From an uncultured Gemmatimonadales bacterium (GTDB lineage Bacteria; Gemmatimonadota; Gemmatimonadetes; Gemmatimonadales; GWC2-71-9): a DNA stretch of 64,000 bases. The notes below the pieces were generated by a model, which saw nothing but the letters and a program-made list of their open reading frames with translations, was not told the origin of the DNA and ran no database searches. Positions 1 to 9,764 of this stretch are shown one piece after another (the first letter of the stretch is position 1; every line of letters starts with the position of its first letter). The position numbers and the translations under genes were made by a program. Location of the stretch: NCBI GenBank assembly GCA_963796335.1, contig CAWCLG010000006.1, forward strand, positions 132,540-196,539. Direction: 5' to 3'.

Positions 1-65
1 ATGAGAGGGGTCCATCCGATGGTGTCGAGGACCGAGTCGTACGGGGTGAGATGGGGGTGGGTCAT
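1..65 (-). CDS. PLP-dependent cysteine synthase-like protein, first ~21 codons only (gene continues beyond window start)
   Basis: Minus-strand ATG at 65-63 overlaps the upstream stop (ATGA) and reads MTHPHLTPYDSVLDTIGWTPLI, a typical CysK/CysM-family N-terminus. Too short for certainty. Confidence 0.4.
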   Translation of the reverse strand, partial: MTHPHLTPYDSVLDTIGWTPL

Positions 66-472
66 GGATCGCTCCGCGACCGGGGGTGCCGGAAGTGCAC
101 CGGCTGGAGGAACGGGGCGGCGATCGGCCGTCCATTCCGGAGCGCCGGAGAAAAGCGCAGCTCCTTGGCGCCGCTCAACGCGGCGGAGTCGAGCGCCGGG
201 TAGCCGCTCGATTCGGCCAGCCGCGTCGAGTCGGGCACCAGGCCGCCCTGGGCATCCACGAAGAGCCGGAGGAGGACCCGGCCTTCGATGCGCTGCTCCA
301 GGAGCGCCGGCGGATAGATCATCGGCGTGACCGGGTTGATGGCGACCGGCGGCTGATCGGCGGTGCTCTCCGCGGCGGGCTGGTGGTCCCCCAGGGCGAC
401 GGTGCCGACGCTGCGGTCGCCGCAGGCTGCGAGCGCCAGGGAGAGCGTGGTGACGGACGCGAGACGGATCAT
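62..472 (-). CDS. TonB C-terminal domain lipoprotein
   Basis: MIRLASVTTLSLALAAC lipobox, followed by a TonB_C-like region (PPALLEQRIEGRVLLRLFVDAQG...SGYPALDSAAL...RFSPA). The ATG at 472 overlaps the mutS stop (ATGA). Confidence 0.6.
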   Translation of the reverse strand: MIRLASVTTLSLALAACGDRSVGTVALGDHQPAAESTADQPPVAINPVTPMIYPPALLEQRIEGRVLLRLFVDAQGGLVPDSTRLAESSGYPALDSAALSGAKELRFSPALRNGRPIAAPFLQPVHFRHPRSRSDP

Positions 473-3105
473 CTGCCCCCCTGTGCCCGCCGCTGGAGCT
501 CGGCGAGCCGGTTGAGCGCCTCCAGCGGCGTGAGCGAGTCGAGATCGAGGGCCTTGAGGTCGGTCATCACCGGATCCGGCGGCGCGTCGCCGAAGAGCGG
601 GAGCTGGCCCGCGTCGAGGCTCAGCGGCGGCGGGGGGCCCGGCACCATGCGATGCTCTCCCTCGAGGGTGCCGAGGATCTCCCGCGCGCGGCCCACCACG
701 GTGTCCGGGAGCCCGGCGAGCTGGGCGACATGGATGCCGTAGGACCGGTCGGTCCCGCCCGGCTCCAGCCGGTGGAGAAACACTACGGTGTCGCCGGTCT
801 CCCGCACCGCCACGTTGAGATTGCGCGCGTGCTGGAGCCGCTCGGGCAGCTGCATCAGCTCGTGGTAGTGGGTGGCGAACATCGTCTTGCATCCCACCCT
901 GTCGTGCAGGTGCTCGGTGACCGCCCAGGCGATGGCGACGCCGTCGTAGGTGGAGGTGCCGCGCCCGATCTCGTCCAGCAGCACCAGGCTCCTCGCCGTG
1001 GCATTGTGGAGGATCGCACTGGTCTCGCTCATCTCCACCATGAAGGTCGACTGGCCCCGCGCGAGGTTGTCGCTGGCGCCGACCCGGGTAAAGAGCCGGT
1101 CGGCCGCGCCGACCGAGGCCTCCGCCGCGGGGACGAACGCCCCCATCTGGGCCAGCACGACGCAGAGCCCGATCTGCCGCAGGATGGTCGACTTGCCGGC
1201 CATGTTGGGACCGGTCACCAGCAGCACCCGCTCCGCCTCGGTGAACCGGGCATCGTTGGGGATGAAGGCTTCCCGGGCCATCATCCGCTCGATCACCGGG
1301 TGCCGGCTCTCCCGCAGCGAGAGATCGAAGCCGCCGTGGACCTGGGGACGTACGTAGCGATTGCTCACCGCGCGCTCGGCCAGCGCGCCCCACACGTCGA
1401 GCCGGGCCAGCACCCGTGCGGTCTGTTGTATCCGGCCGATCGCCCGCCCCACCGCCGCCCGCAGCGCGCCGAACAGCTCGGCCTCGCGCGCCGCCATCCG
1501 CTCCTCGGCGCCGAGCACCCGGGACTCGTAGTCCTTGAGCTCCGGCGTCACGTAGCGCTCGGCGGAGGCGAGGGTCTGCCGCCGCTCGTAGTCGGGCGGG
1601 ACCTTCGCGGCGTGGGCGTTGGTGATCTCCAGATAGTAGCCGAAGACCTTGTTGAATCCGACCTTGAGCGACGGAATCCCGGTGCGCTCCCGCTCCCGCT
1701 GCTGGAGCGAGGCGATGTAGCGGCGGCCGCCGTCGCGGAGCGAGCGGAGCTCGTCCAGCTCGGCGTCGAACCCGTGGCGGATCACGCCGCCGTCGGCCAG
1801 GACGGGAGGTGGGCGGTCTTCCAGGGCAGCCGTCAGCTCGCCGGTCAGGTCGGCCAGGAGATCGAGCTCTTCGGCCGCCTCGGCCAGCAGCGCGGCGCGC
1901 CCGCCGTCCGGCAAGGCGTAGGCGGCGAGCGCGCTCAGCGCCTCCGCGACGTCGGGCAGCCGCTGGAACGAGTCACGCAGGGCGCCGAGCTCGCGCGGCA
2001 CCGCCCGGCCGGCGGCCGCGCGTCCGGCCAGCCGCTCGATGTCACGGACTCCGTCAAGGGCCTCCCGCAGCCGGGCGCGGCCGCGGGTGTCGCGCACCGC
2101 GACATCCACCGCATCGAGTCGAGCGCCGATCGCGTCGGGATCGCACAGCGGGGACAGCAGCCACTGGCGGAGCAACCGCCCTCCCATCGGCGTCACGGTC
2201 GCGTCGATGGTCTCCAGCAGCGTGGTGCCCCTGGCCCCGGCCTGGAGCGGCTCGACCAGCTCGAGATTTCTCCGGGTCATGTCGTCGAGCCAGAGGAAGC
2301 CCTCGCTGCGCCGCACGGTGGGCCGGGTGAGGTGGGGAAGCCCGGAGGGCTGGAGCTCGACCAGGTAGCGGAGCAGCGCCCCGCCCGCGCCGAGGGCGGA
2401 GGCATCCTCCGGACCGATGCCGAGCCCGTCGAGCGAGGCGAGCGCGAAGCGGCGGGCCAGCTCCTCGCGGGCGAGGTCGGGGTCGAATTCCCAGGGTTCC
2501 CGGTGGGTGACCAGCGGGGCGGCGGGGCAGCGGGGCAGCGGGGCGGCAGCGTCCGTCCCGATTACGATTTCGGCTGGGTGAAGACGGGACAAGGCCTCGT
2601 CCAATCCCTCCTCGTCCATCGTCTCTAGGACGAACTCGCCGGTACTCAGGTCGACTGCCGCAACCCCCGCTGCCCTGCCCCGCGGCCCCGCCGCCCCGCC
2701 GCCCCGCTGCACCGCAACGATCCAATTGTTACGCCCCCCTGGCAGCCATCCCTCCACCATCATCGCGCCGGGCGTAATGGTCTCCACCACCTCGCGGCGG
2801 ACCAGGCCCTTGGCGAGCCGGGGGTCTTCGACTTGCTCGCAGATGGCGACCCGGTGGCCCGCGGCGACGAGCTGGCGGAGGTAGTCGGCGGCGGCTTTGA
2901 CGGGCACGCCGGCGAGCGGGACGCCGTCGCCCCGCGAGGTCAGGGTGATCTCCAGCACCCGCGCGGCGAGCTCGGCGTCCTGGTAGAACATCTCGTAGAA
3001 GTCGCCGACTCTATAGAAAAGGATGGTATCGGGACGCTGCGATTTGACTTCCCGCCAGTGCTTCAGCATCGGCGGGGTCGAAGCGCTGGCGGTCTCGCGG
3101 CTCAC
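469..3105 (-). CDS. mutS: DNA mismatch repair protein MutS
   Basis: Mismatch-binding N-terminus TPPMLKHWREVK..ILFYRVGDFYEMF, Walker A GPNMAGKST, DEIGRGTSTYDG, and a full-length body. Start placed at GTG 3105 just upstream of the conserved TPxM motif; the longest-ORF ATG at 3360 would add ~85 non-conserved residues. Confidence 0.93.
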   Translation of the reverse strand: MSRETASASTPPMLKHWREVKSQRPDTILFYRVGDFYEMFYQDAELAARVLEITLTSRGDGVPLAGVPVKAAADYLRQLVAAGHRVAICEQVEDPRLAKGLVRREVVETITPGAMMVEGWLPGGRNNWIVAVQRGGGAAGPRGRAAGVAAVDLSTGEFVLETMDEEGLDEALSRLHPAEIVIGTDAAAPLPRCPAAPLVTHREPWEFDPDLAREELARRFALASLDGLGIGPEDASALGAGGALLRYLVELQPSGLPHLTRPTVRRSEGFLWLDDMTRRNLELVEPLQAGARGTTLLETIDATVTPMGGRLLRQWLLSPLCDPDAIGARLDAVDVAVRDTRGRARLREALDGVRDIERLAGRAAAGRAVPRELGALRDSFQRLPDVAEALSALAAYALPDGGRAALLAEAAEELDLLADLTGELTAALEDRPPPVLADGGVIRHGFDAELDELRSLRDGGRRYIASLQQRERERTGIPSLKVGFNKVFGYYLEITNAHAAKVPPDYERRQTLASAERYVTPELKDYESRVLGAEERMAAREAELFGALRAAVGRAIGRIQQTARVLARLDVWGALAERAVSNRYVRPQVHGGFDLSLRESRHPVIERMMAREAFIPNDARFTEAERVLLVTGPNMAGKSTILRQIGLCVVLAQMGAFVPAAEASVGAADRLFTRVGASDNLARGQSTFMVEMSETSAILHNATARSLVLLDEIGRGTSTYDGVAIAWAVTEHLHDRVGCKTMFATHYHELMQLPERLQHARNLNVAVRETGDTVVFLHRLEPGGTDRSYGIHVAQLAGLPDTVVGRAREILGTLEGEHRMVPGPPPPLSLDAGQLPLFGDAPPDPVMTDLKALDLDSLTPLEALNRLAELQRRAQGGR

Positions 3106-3205
3106 GGGCGCCAGGGAAAGATGCGGGGGGGCTGGCGGGACATACGCTGGAGAATATAACCCTTCAATCCAGACCGAACTCCACTCCACGCAACGTGAGG
3201 CGCCG

Positions 3206-3418
3206 ATGGCTGGACAGGGCTCGACGGGCAACGTGATCGCCGCGCTTGCCAGCTTCTTCATCCCGGGGTTGGGGCAGCTGATCCAGGGTCGGCTCATGAA
3301 GGCCCTGGTGATGTTCGTGCTCGCCGCCGTGCTCTGGTGGTTCCTGCTGGGATGGATCATCCATCTCTGGTCGATCCTGGACGCGGCGCTCTGGCGGTCG
3401 CGCGAAGCCTCGCTCTAA
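3206..3418 (+). CDS. small integral membrane protein (two predicted TM helices, FIPGLGQ motif)
   Basis: ATG at 3206 gives a 70 aa product, MAGQGSTGNVIAALASFFIPGLGQLIQGRLMKALVMFVLAAVLWWFLLGWIIHLW. It lies divergent from mutS. Confidence 0.5.
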   Translation: MAGQGSTGNVIAALASFFIPGLGQLIQGRLMKALVMFVLAAVLWWFLLGWIIHLWSILDAALWRSREASL

Positions 3419-3433
3419 CAATCGAGGAGATCC

Positions 3434-3850
3434 ATGGCTCAGCCGTTCCATTTCGCCTTCTTCGTGCGGGACCTCGACTCCACCCGGCGGTTCTACGGGG
3501 AGATCCTCGGGTGCCGCGAGGGGCGAAGCACCGACACCTGGGTCGATTTCGACTTCTTCGGCAACCAGATCTCGGCCCACACCACGGGGACCGTGACTCC
3601 GACCCAGAAGACCGGCAAGGTGGAGGATCTCCTGGTGCCGATGCCGCACTTCGGGGCGATCCTCGAATGGAACGCGTTCTCCGCGATCGCCGACCGGATC
3701 CGCGGAGCCGGGATGCCGTTCATCCTCGAGCCCCGGACCCGTTACGTCGGCCAGCCGGGCGAGCAGGCCACGATGTTCCTCCTCGACCCCAGCGGAAACG
3801 CGCTGGAGTTCAAGAGCTTCAAGCACCCGGAGCACGTGTTCACCGCATGA
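3434..3850 (+). CDS. VOC (glyoxalase/bleomycin-resistance/dioxygenase) family protein
   Basis: 138 aa. The N-terminus FHFAFFVRDLDSTRRFYGEILG and the C-terminal FLLDPSGNALEF are typical VOC beta-alpha-beta-beta-beta modules. Confidence 0.75.
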   Translation: MAQPFHFAFFVRDLDSTRRFYGEILGCREGRSTDTWVDFDFFGNQISAHTTGTVTPTQKTGKVEDLLVPMPHFGAILEWNAFSAIADRIRGAGMPFILEPRTRYVGQPGEQATMFLLDPSGNALEFKSFKHPEHVFTA

Positions 3851-5010
3851 GACGGGCGGCGGTCGCGGTCATCGGCGGGGGCGTGATGGGCGCCAGTGCG
3901 GCCTATCACCTGGCCACGCGCGGCTGGCGCGACGTGGTGATCCTCGACCGCAGCGTCGGGCCGGGCGAGGGCAGCACCGGCCGGGCCACCGGAGGCTACC
4001 GGGCCCAGTACGCCACCGCGGTGAACGTGCGGCTCTCGCTGCTGGCGCGGGAGAAGCTCTGCCGTTTCGAGGCGGACACCGGGGTGGATCCCGGCTATGT
4101 GACCGCGGGCTACCTCTGGCTCGCCGCCGACGGGACCGAGCTGGCGGAGCTGGAGCAGGGCCGCCAGGTGCAGCAGGCCGCGGGGCTGCACGAGGCCGTC
4201 GCGGTCGGTCCCGATGAGGTCGCCCGGATCAACCCGGCGCTCGCGCCGGACGGCATCGCGGGCGGGGTCTATTGTCCCACCGACGGATTCATCCGCCCGT
4301 TCCGGATCTTGGGGGGGTACTTGGCGGCGGCCGAACGGCTGGGCGTTCGAGTCGAATGGGGTGTGTCGGTCACCGGCCTGGCCCGCGGCCGGGACGGAAG
4401 GATCGCCGAGGTCCAGACGTCTCGCGGGCCGATCGCCGTAGAGGCGGTGGTCAACGCGGCCGGTGCCTGGGCTGGCGCGGTGGCGGAGTGGGCCGGGGCG
4501 GAGCTGCCGGTGGTTCCACTTCGACGCCAGGTAGCCGCGACCGCGCCGTGCGACCTGCTGCCCGAGACGATGCCGATGACGATCTTCGCCGGTGACGGCT
4601 TCCATCTCCGGGTGCGGGACGGGCGGGTGTTGCTGCTGTGGCCCACGCCGGGGATCCCGGGCCGGCCGTTCGACTACGCGGTAGATCCGGACTGGGTCAG
4701 GGAAGTCACCGCGAAAGCTCATCGGCGGGTGCCGGTGCTGCGCGGCGTCGCGATCGACCACTCGGCCTGCTGGGCCGGCCTCTACGAGATGTCGCCCGAC
4801 AAGCATGCGATCCTGGGCGCCGCCCCGGCGTGCGACAACCTCTATTTCATCAACGGCTCATCCGGGCACGGGGTGATGCACTCGCCGGCGCTGGGCCAGC
4901 TCCTCGCCGAGATCATGTCGGACGGCCGGGCGGCGACGCTCGATGTCACGGCGCTGCGGCCGACCCGGTTCGCTGAAGGCGAACCCAACCCAGTGTCGGG
5001 ACTGCTGTGA
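3847..5010 (+). CDS. FAD-dependent oxidoreductase (DAO / sarcosine-oxidase-beta-like)
   Basis: ATG 3847 overlaps the previous stop (ATGA). Rossmann motif VIGGGVMGASAAYHL at the N-terminus, and the C-terminal GSSGHGVMHSPALG is typical of the DAO family. Confidence 0.8.
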   Translation: MRRAAVAVIGGGVMGASAAYHLATRGWRDVVILDRSVGPGEGSTGRATGGYRAQYATAVNVRLSLLAREKLCRFEADTGVDPGYVTAGYLWLAADGTELAELEQGRQVQQAAGLHEAVAVGPDEVARINPALAPDGIAGGVYCPTDGFIRPFRILGGYLAAAERLGVRVEWGVSVTGLARGRDGRIAEVQTSRGPIAVEAVVNAAGAWAGAVAEWAGAELPVVPLRRQVAATAPCDLLPETMPMTIFAGDGFHLRVRDGRVLLLWPTPGIPGRPFDYAVDPDWVREVTAKAHRRVPVLRGVAIDHSACWAGLYEMSPDKHAILGAAPACDNLYFINGSSGHGVMHSPALGQLLAEIMSDGRAATLDVTALRPTRFAEGEPNPVSGLL

Positions 5011-5438
5011 GGCTGGCCGTTTTCCTCGGAGCGCTGGGTCTCGTCGCCGGATGCGGCGGAGGGATGCGGTCGAGCATGGTGCTGGAGCGCCGGACCCGGC
5101 CGCTCGGCATGGACGGCCCCGATGCCGTCGCGCTGCCGATGAACCAGCGCTACCGCTACGGCGTGGTGCTCGGCTCGGTGGTCACCTCCGGCGGCGATCG
5201 CGGATGCCATGGCGAGGTCTGGCTCCAGCCGGCCGGCGCGCCGGTGCGCGACGTCCGGACGATCGCTGCCGCACGGTTGCAGAACATGTTCCGCTTTCCG
5301 CAGCTGCTGCCGGGCAAGTACGAGCTAGGGGTGAGGTGCATGGGCTTCGAGCCGGTGCGGAAGAAGGTGGAGGTGCGTGTCGGGCAGATACTGCGGGCGG
5401 TGGTGACGATGGCGCGAAGGAGAGAAATGTCATCCTGA
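5007..5438 (+). CDS. lipoprotein with carboxypeptidase-regulatory-like domain
   Basis: GTG 5007 overlaps the previous stop (GTGA). Lipobox LGLVAGC, and LPGKYELGVRCMGFEPVRKKVEVRVGQ resembles the CarboxypepD_reg fold. Confidence 0.5.
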   Translation: MRLAVFLGALGLVAGCGGGMRSSMVLERRTRPLGMDGPDAVALPMNQRYRYGVVLGSVVTSGGDRGCHGEVWLQPAGAPVRDVRTIAAARLQNMFRFPQLLPGKYELGVRCMGFEPVRKKVEVRVGQILRAVVTMARRREMSS

Positions 5439-5471
5439 GCGAAGCGAAGGAGGCTTCGCTCAGGGTGACAC
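5429..5471. terminator. 17 bp-stem hairpin of the GTCAYCCYGAGCG family, between convergent genes (likely bidirectional terminator)
   Basis: GTCATCCTGAGCGAAGC-gaaggag-GCTTCGCTCAGGGTGAC, with one mismatch in the stem. It overlaps the stop of the 5007..5438 CDS. Confidence 0.55.
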
Positions 5472-5483
5472 TATTTCACGCTG

Positions 5484-6452
5484 TTACTGGACCGAATCTT
5501 GGGTCTCGGCCACGGTCGAATCCTCGACGACCGCCGAATCCGCGGTGGCGACTGGGGTATCCCTCCAGCGCTGGACTTCGGACTGGAACTCCTGGGACAG
5601 GGTCGCGAGATCCACCGTCGTGGTGTCGGCCTCGACGTGCGGCGTGACGCGCGCCAGGCTAGCGGCCGCCTTGCCGTAGGTGCTGTCGGCGGCCAGCGCG
5701 GCTTGGTACGCCTGCTTGGCGGCCACGAAATGGCCGGTCCGCTCGAGCGCGGTGCCGAGGTTGTTCTGGAACACCGGAGAGTTGCTCCGCAGCTCCACGA
5801 CACGGGCCAGGATCGGAAGCGCGGTGTCGCTCCGGTCCTGCTGGATGTGGATCAGGCCCAGGTTGTTCATCGCCCAGGAGTCGCGCTCGTCCAAGGCGAT
5901 GGCGCGCTGGTAGGCGTCGATCGCCTCGGGGATCTGCTTCAACTCATACCGCGCCCGGCCCAGCAGACGCAGCCCCTCGCCTGAGAGCGGCTCCAGCGCC
6001 ATCGCGCGCTCCACCCGTTCGAGCGCCTCGCGGGGCCGGCTGGTCTCCAGGAGCACCCGGGCGGAGTTGAGCATGCTCTTCCGATGCTGCGGGTCGAGCC
6101 GCAGCGCCTCGTCGAAGCCCGCCAGCGCCTGCTCCGGATCGCCCGCCTTCCAGGCCGACAGGCCGAGCATGTAGTGGCCCCAGGCGTTCTCGGGGTTGGC
6201 ACGGGTATAGACCCCGAACAGATCGACCGCCTCGTCGTAGTTCCGGCCGGTGTACGCGGCCTCGGCGTCGGCGTAGGAGACCGCGGTGACCGGTACGGTG
6301 GCGGCCGCCGAGCTCGTGTCGGTCGCCGCCACGGTGGCGGGCGAGCTGGTCACGGTGGTGGCGGTGACCGGGCGCTTGTCCTTGCCGCAGCCCGCCATGA
6401 AGGGGACGAGGGCCGCGGCGAAGACGGCGAGATGGGACGGACGGACTGGCAT
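5484..6452 (-). CDS. TPR-repeat lipoprotein
   Basis: Start taken at MPVRPSHLAVFAAALVPFMAGC (lipobox). Contains multiple TPR-like repeats (AWGHYMLGLSAWKAGDPEQALAGFDEALRLDP...). Confidence 0.75.
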   Translation of the reverse strand: MPVRPSHLAVFAAALVPFMAGCGKDKRPVTATTVTSSPATVAATDTSSAAATVPVTAVSYADAEAAYTGRNYDEAVDLFGVYTRANPENAWGHYMLGLSAWKAGDPEQALAGFDEALRLDPQHRKSMLNSARVLLETSRPREALERVERAMALEPLSGEGLRLLGRARYELKQIPEAIDAYQRAIALDERDSWAMNNLGLIHIQQDRSDTALPILARVVELRSNSPVFQNNLGTALERTGHFVAAKQAYQAALAADSTYGKAAASLARVTPHVEADTTTVDLATLSQEFQSEVQRWRDTPVATADSAVVEDSTVAETQDSVQ

Positions 6453-6684
6453 GAACTCCTCCTGGCTTGGCGTCGCGAGGACGCGGGATTTGGGTGATCG
6501 CAGCCAGGGGAAAGGCAAGCGGTCGGCCATTGGGACACAGGCCGGGTTAAAGATTAGAAGTCGTTGGGGAAGTGTGAGTTGCTGATTTCAAGCGGAGGTC
6601 ATGTCGCGGCGACGTGTACGCCGAGACACGTCGGTCGATAGGCGCTCGTGTCCGTCGGGACACCTCGTCACTTCCCTACCTCGC

Positions 6685-6716
6685 CTGCCCGACTGCCCGA
6701 CTGCCCGACTGCCAGC
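6685..6716. repeat. short octamer tandem repeat (CTGCCCGA x3 plus one degenerate copy)
   Basis: Read directly: ctgcccga ctgcccga ctgcccga ctgccagc, immediately downstream of the response-regulator stop. Confidence 0.8.
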
Positions 6717-6720
6717 CCGT

Positions 6721-8082
6721 CTACTTCTCCCTCTTAATCCCGTGCCTCCGCATGATCTTCAACAGGCTCGCATGGTCGGCCAAGCCGAGGGCCTGGGCCG
6801 TCCGGGTGACGTGCCACTCGTGCCGCTCGAGGGCGGCGACGATGATCTTCCGCTCCGCCTCGGTCTTCAGCTCCTGGAATCCCTGCCCTCCGGACGGTGG
6901 GGGGAGGGCCGCGCCCTGCGGTCGCAGCTCGGCGGGGACGTGCTCCGGCGCGATCACGTCGCCATCGGACGCGATGATCATCCGCTCGACGATGTTCCGC
7001 AGCTCCCGCACGTTGTTCCGGCGCCACTCGTACGCCATCAACAGATCCAACGCGTCGGCGGCGATCTTCTTCCGGCGGATCCCGAAGCGCGCGCAGATCC
7101 CGGTGAGGAATTGGTCCACCAGCTCCGGGACGTCCGAGAGCCGGTCGCGGAGCGGCGGCACCCGGACGATGTGGACCGCCAGCCGGAAGTAGAGATCCTC
7201 CCGGAATCGGCCTTCGCGGACCTCGGCCTCGAGGTCGCGGTTGGTGGCGGCGACGACCCGGGCTTCGATGGCGAGCGGCTTGGTCCCGCCCAGGCGGGTG
7301 ACCTGCCGCTCCTCCAGCACCCGGAGCAGCTTCGCCTGGGGGGCGAGCGGCAGCTCCCCCACCTCGTCGAGAAACAGGGTGCCGCGCTCCGCGGCCTCGA
7401 AGGCCCCCTTCCGGGTACTGACGGCGCCGGTGAAGGCCCCGCGATCGTGGCCGAACAGCTCGCTCTCCACCAGGCTCTCCGGCAGTGCGGCGCAGTTGAT
7501 CGCGACGAAGGGACCGGCGGGGTTCGGCCCGAAGCGGTGGAGGTCGCGGGCCACCAGTTCCTTGCCGGTGCCGCTCTCGCCGGTGATCAGCACCTGGCTC
7601 GGCACCGGCGCCACCCGGGCGATGGCTGCGCGCAGCTCGGACATCGCCGCGCTCCCGCCGAGGAGCGAGGTCTCCCGGCCCAGCTGGCGCCGGAGCGCCG
7701 CGACTTCGCCACGGAGCCGCCGGCGTTCCAGCGCGGTCTCGATCTCGTGGACCACCCGCTCCATCGGCTCCGCTTTGTCGATGAACCCGTACGCGCCGAG
7801 CCGCAGGGCCTGGACGCAGCGGTCGAAGCTGCCGGTGCCGGTATAGACGATGACCGGGATCTGGGAGCCTTTCCGCTCCAGCGCCCGCAGCACGTCGAAC
7901 CCGTCCATCCCCGGCATCTCCAGGTCGAGCACGACGCAGTCCACCGCCCCGGTGCCGAGCAGCTCCAGCGCCAGCTCGCCGCCACCGGCGGTGATCACCT
8001 CGTAGCCGCCGGTCCGCTTCAGGTCGTAGGCGTATTGCTCGGCCAGCGGCGCCACGTCATCCACCACCAGCACCAGCGTCAT
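6721..8082 (-). CDS. sigma54-dependent response regulator (NtrC family: REC + AAA+ + Fis-type HTH)
   Basis: Receiver domain (MTLVLVVDD...DLEMPGMDG), Walker A GESGTGKE, GAFTGA loop, and a C-terminal HTH. ATG 8082 overlaps the kinase stop (ATGA). Confidence 0.9.
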   Translation of the reverse strand: MTLVLVVDDVAPLAEQYAYDLKRTGGYEVITAGGGELALELLGTGAVDCVVLDLEMPGMDGFDVLRALERKGSQIPVIVYTGTGSFDRCVQALRLGAYGFIDKAEPMERVVHEIETALERRRLRGEVAALRRQLGRETSLLGGSAAMSELRAAIARVAPVPSQVLITGESGTGKELVARDLHRFGPNPAGPFVAINCAALPESLVESELFGHDRGAFTGAVSTRKGAFEAAERGTLFLDEVGELPLAPQAKLLRVLEERQVTRLGGTKPLAIEARVVAATNRDLEAEVREGRFREDLYFRLAVHIVRVPPLRDRLSDVPELVDQFLTGICARFGIRRKKIAADALDLLMAYEWRRNNVRELRNIVERMIIASDGDVIAPEHVPAELRPQGAALPPPSGGQGFQELKTEAERKIIVAALERHEWHVTRTAQALGLADHASLLKIMRRHGIKREK

Positions 8083-9764
8083 CGCGCGGCTCCTCCGGCA
8101 GGTCCCGCCGGTATCTCGACCGTCGCCCGGGTGCCGGCTCCCGGCTCGGTGTCGATCCGGAGGGCCCCGCCCAGGTCGAGGACCAGCCGGCGCACGATCG
8201 ACAGGCCCAGTCCGGTGCCGCCGGCCTTCGTGGTGTAGAAGTCGTCGAACGCGCGGTCCAGCTCGGCGCGGCTCATCCCGGGACCGCTGTCGGCCACGGT
8301 GATCCGGACGACGGCTGCGCCGCCGTCCTGGGCGGCCTGTTCGGTGGAGACGACCACCTCGCCCCCGCCCGCCTCCGTCACGACGTCCACCGCGTTGCCC
8401 ACCAGGTTCTCCACCACTCGCCGGAGCATCAGGCGGTCCGCCGCGGCCGGCGGCAGCCCGGTCGCGAGCCGGGTCTGCACCGCCGGGCTCGAAGCGCCGC
8501 GGGCGACGTCGGCCACGATCGCGTTCACGTCGCACGCCTCCGGCGCCGCGGCGGGCGAGAGCCTGGCATAGTTGCGGGCCAGGGTGTCGAGGTACCCCAC
8601 GCTGGAGGTGAGCGTCGCCCGGCGCTCCTCGAAGACGGCCGGGAGCGTCTCGGGCCGATCCCGGGCGACCTCCTCCAGGTGGCGCAGCACGTTCCGGATG
8701 GGTACCAGCCCGTTCTTGATGTCGTGGTTCACCTGGCGCGCCATGTCACCCATGGCCACGCGGCGCTCCGCCTCGCGAAGACGCGCGGCGCCGGTGCGGA
8801 GCCGCGAGGTCATCGCGCCGAGCAGCCGCGACAGCGAGCCGATCTCATCCCGCCGCTCGGTGGCGAAATCCACGTCCAGCCGGTCGAGGTCGATGGCCGC
8901 CGTCTTGTCCGCCAGCTCGGTGAGCGGCCGGCTGATTAGCCGGGAGAGCCAGGCGGCGAGCGCGAGCGCCAGCAGCGCGGTGACGGCGAGGGAGACGATG
9001 AACCAGGTGTTGAGCCCCCGCTGGAGCGCGGCGAGCGTGCCGGAGCTCCGGGCCACCACGAGCCGGGCGCTGTCGGCGCCCTGGGCCGGCGCGTCGAGGA
9101 AGGGCAGCGCCAGCGAGCCGATGACGCGGGTATCGGGCGGGCGTGTCCCGGCCGAGTCCGGCGTATCGAGCACCAGCGACAGCTCGGGGTCGGGATCCAG
9201 TCTCCGCAGGAACCGATCCTCCGCCGCGATACCACCGACCAGGTAGAACGGCCGCCCCGCCACCGAGAATCGCTCCGCCGCCGCCAGCGCCAGCAGCGGA
9301 GCCTCGGCGGTGCGCACCCGGACCAGCGCGGGGGACGCGCCGGCGGCCAGCAGGAAGCGCGGCAGCGTGGGCTGCACCTGGTCGTACTCGTTTCGGAAGT
9401 GGCCCGAGCTGAGGATCCGGCCGGCGCTGTCCTGGAGCTGCAGCAGGGCGAGACCGGAGAGCCGCATCGCCCCGCCGGCCCAGTCGAGCAGGTACGGCCG
9501 CGAGCGCTGCTCCCCCTGCACCGCGGCGAGCCGGAATCGGTTGTCGCCGGCCAGCTCTTCGGCCAGCGCGGCCAGCCGGTCCGCCACCCGCTCGCGCTCC
9601 TGCGCCAGCTCCGCCCCGAGGGCCCGCACCGCGGCGTCGCCCCGGCGCCGCGACTCCGCGTCCAGACGCCGCTCCAGCTCCCGCCGAACGCCGAGCGCCA
9701 GCACGGTCAGTGGCACCAGCACCCCGACCGCGGACACCAGGAAGAGCCGGGCGCGGAAGGTCAC
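8079..9764 (-). CDS. sensor histidine kinase (TM - periplasmic domain - HAMP - HisKA - HATPase)
   Basis: GTG 9764 overlaps the upstream stop (GTGA). H-box QVNHDIKNGLVPI, plus DSGPGM and GTGLGLSIV ATPase motifs. Confidence 0.88.
   Translation of the reverse strand: MTFRARLFLVSAVGVLVPLTVLALGVRRELERRLDAESRRRGDAAVRALGAELAQERERVADRLAALAEELAGDNRFRLAAVQGEQRSRPYLLDWAGGAMRLSGLALLQLQDSAGRILSSGHFRNEYDQVQPTLPRFLLAAGASPALVRVRTAEAPLLALAAAERFSVAGRPFYLVGGIAAEDRFLRRLDPDPELSLVLDTPDSAGTRPPDTRVIGSLALPFLDAPAQGADSARLVVARSSGTLAALQRGLNTWFIVSLAVTALLALALAAWLSRLISRPLTELADKTAAIDLDRLDVDFATERRDEIGSLSRLLGAMTSRLRTGAARLREAERRVAMGDMARQVNHDIKNGLVPIRNVLRHLEEVARDRPETLPAVFEERRATLTSSVGYLDTLARNYARLSPAAAPEACDVNAIVADVARGASSPAVQTRLATGLPPAAADRLMLRRVVENLVGNAVDVVTEAGGGEVVVSTEQAAQDGGAAVVRITVADSGPGMSRAELDRAFDDFYTTKAGGTGLGLSIVRRLVLDLGGALRIDTEPGAGTRATVEIPAGPAGGAAR

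Noticed and set aside
652-2628. Long antisense ORFs throughout the window, for example 652..2628(+), 6601..8238(+), 11574..15476(+, 1300 aa), 24009-side 23974..25575(-), 56116..58428(-) and 58855..61371(-).
   Set aside because: Each lies opposite a gene with clear family motifs. They are Arg/Pro/Gly/Ala-rich low-complexity translations typical of stop-codon-poor antisense frames in high-GC DNA, and none shows recognisable motifs.
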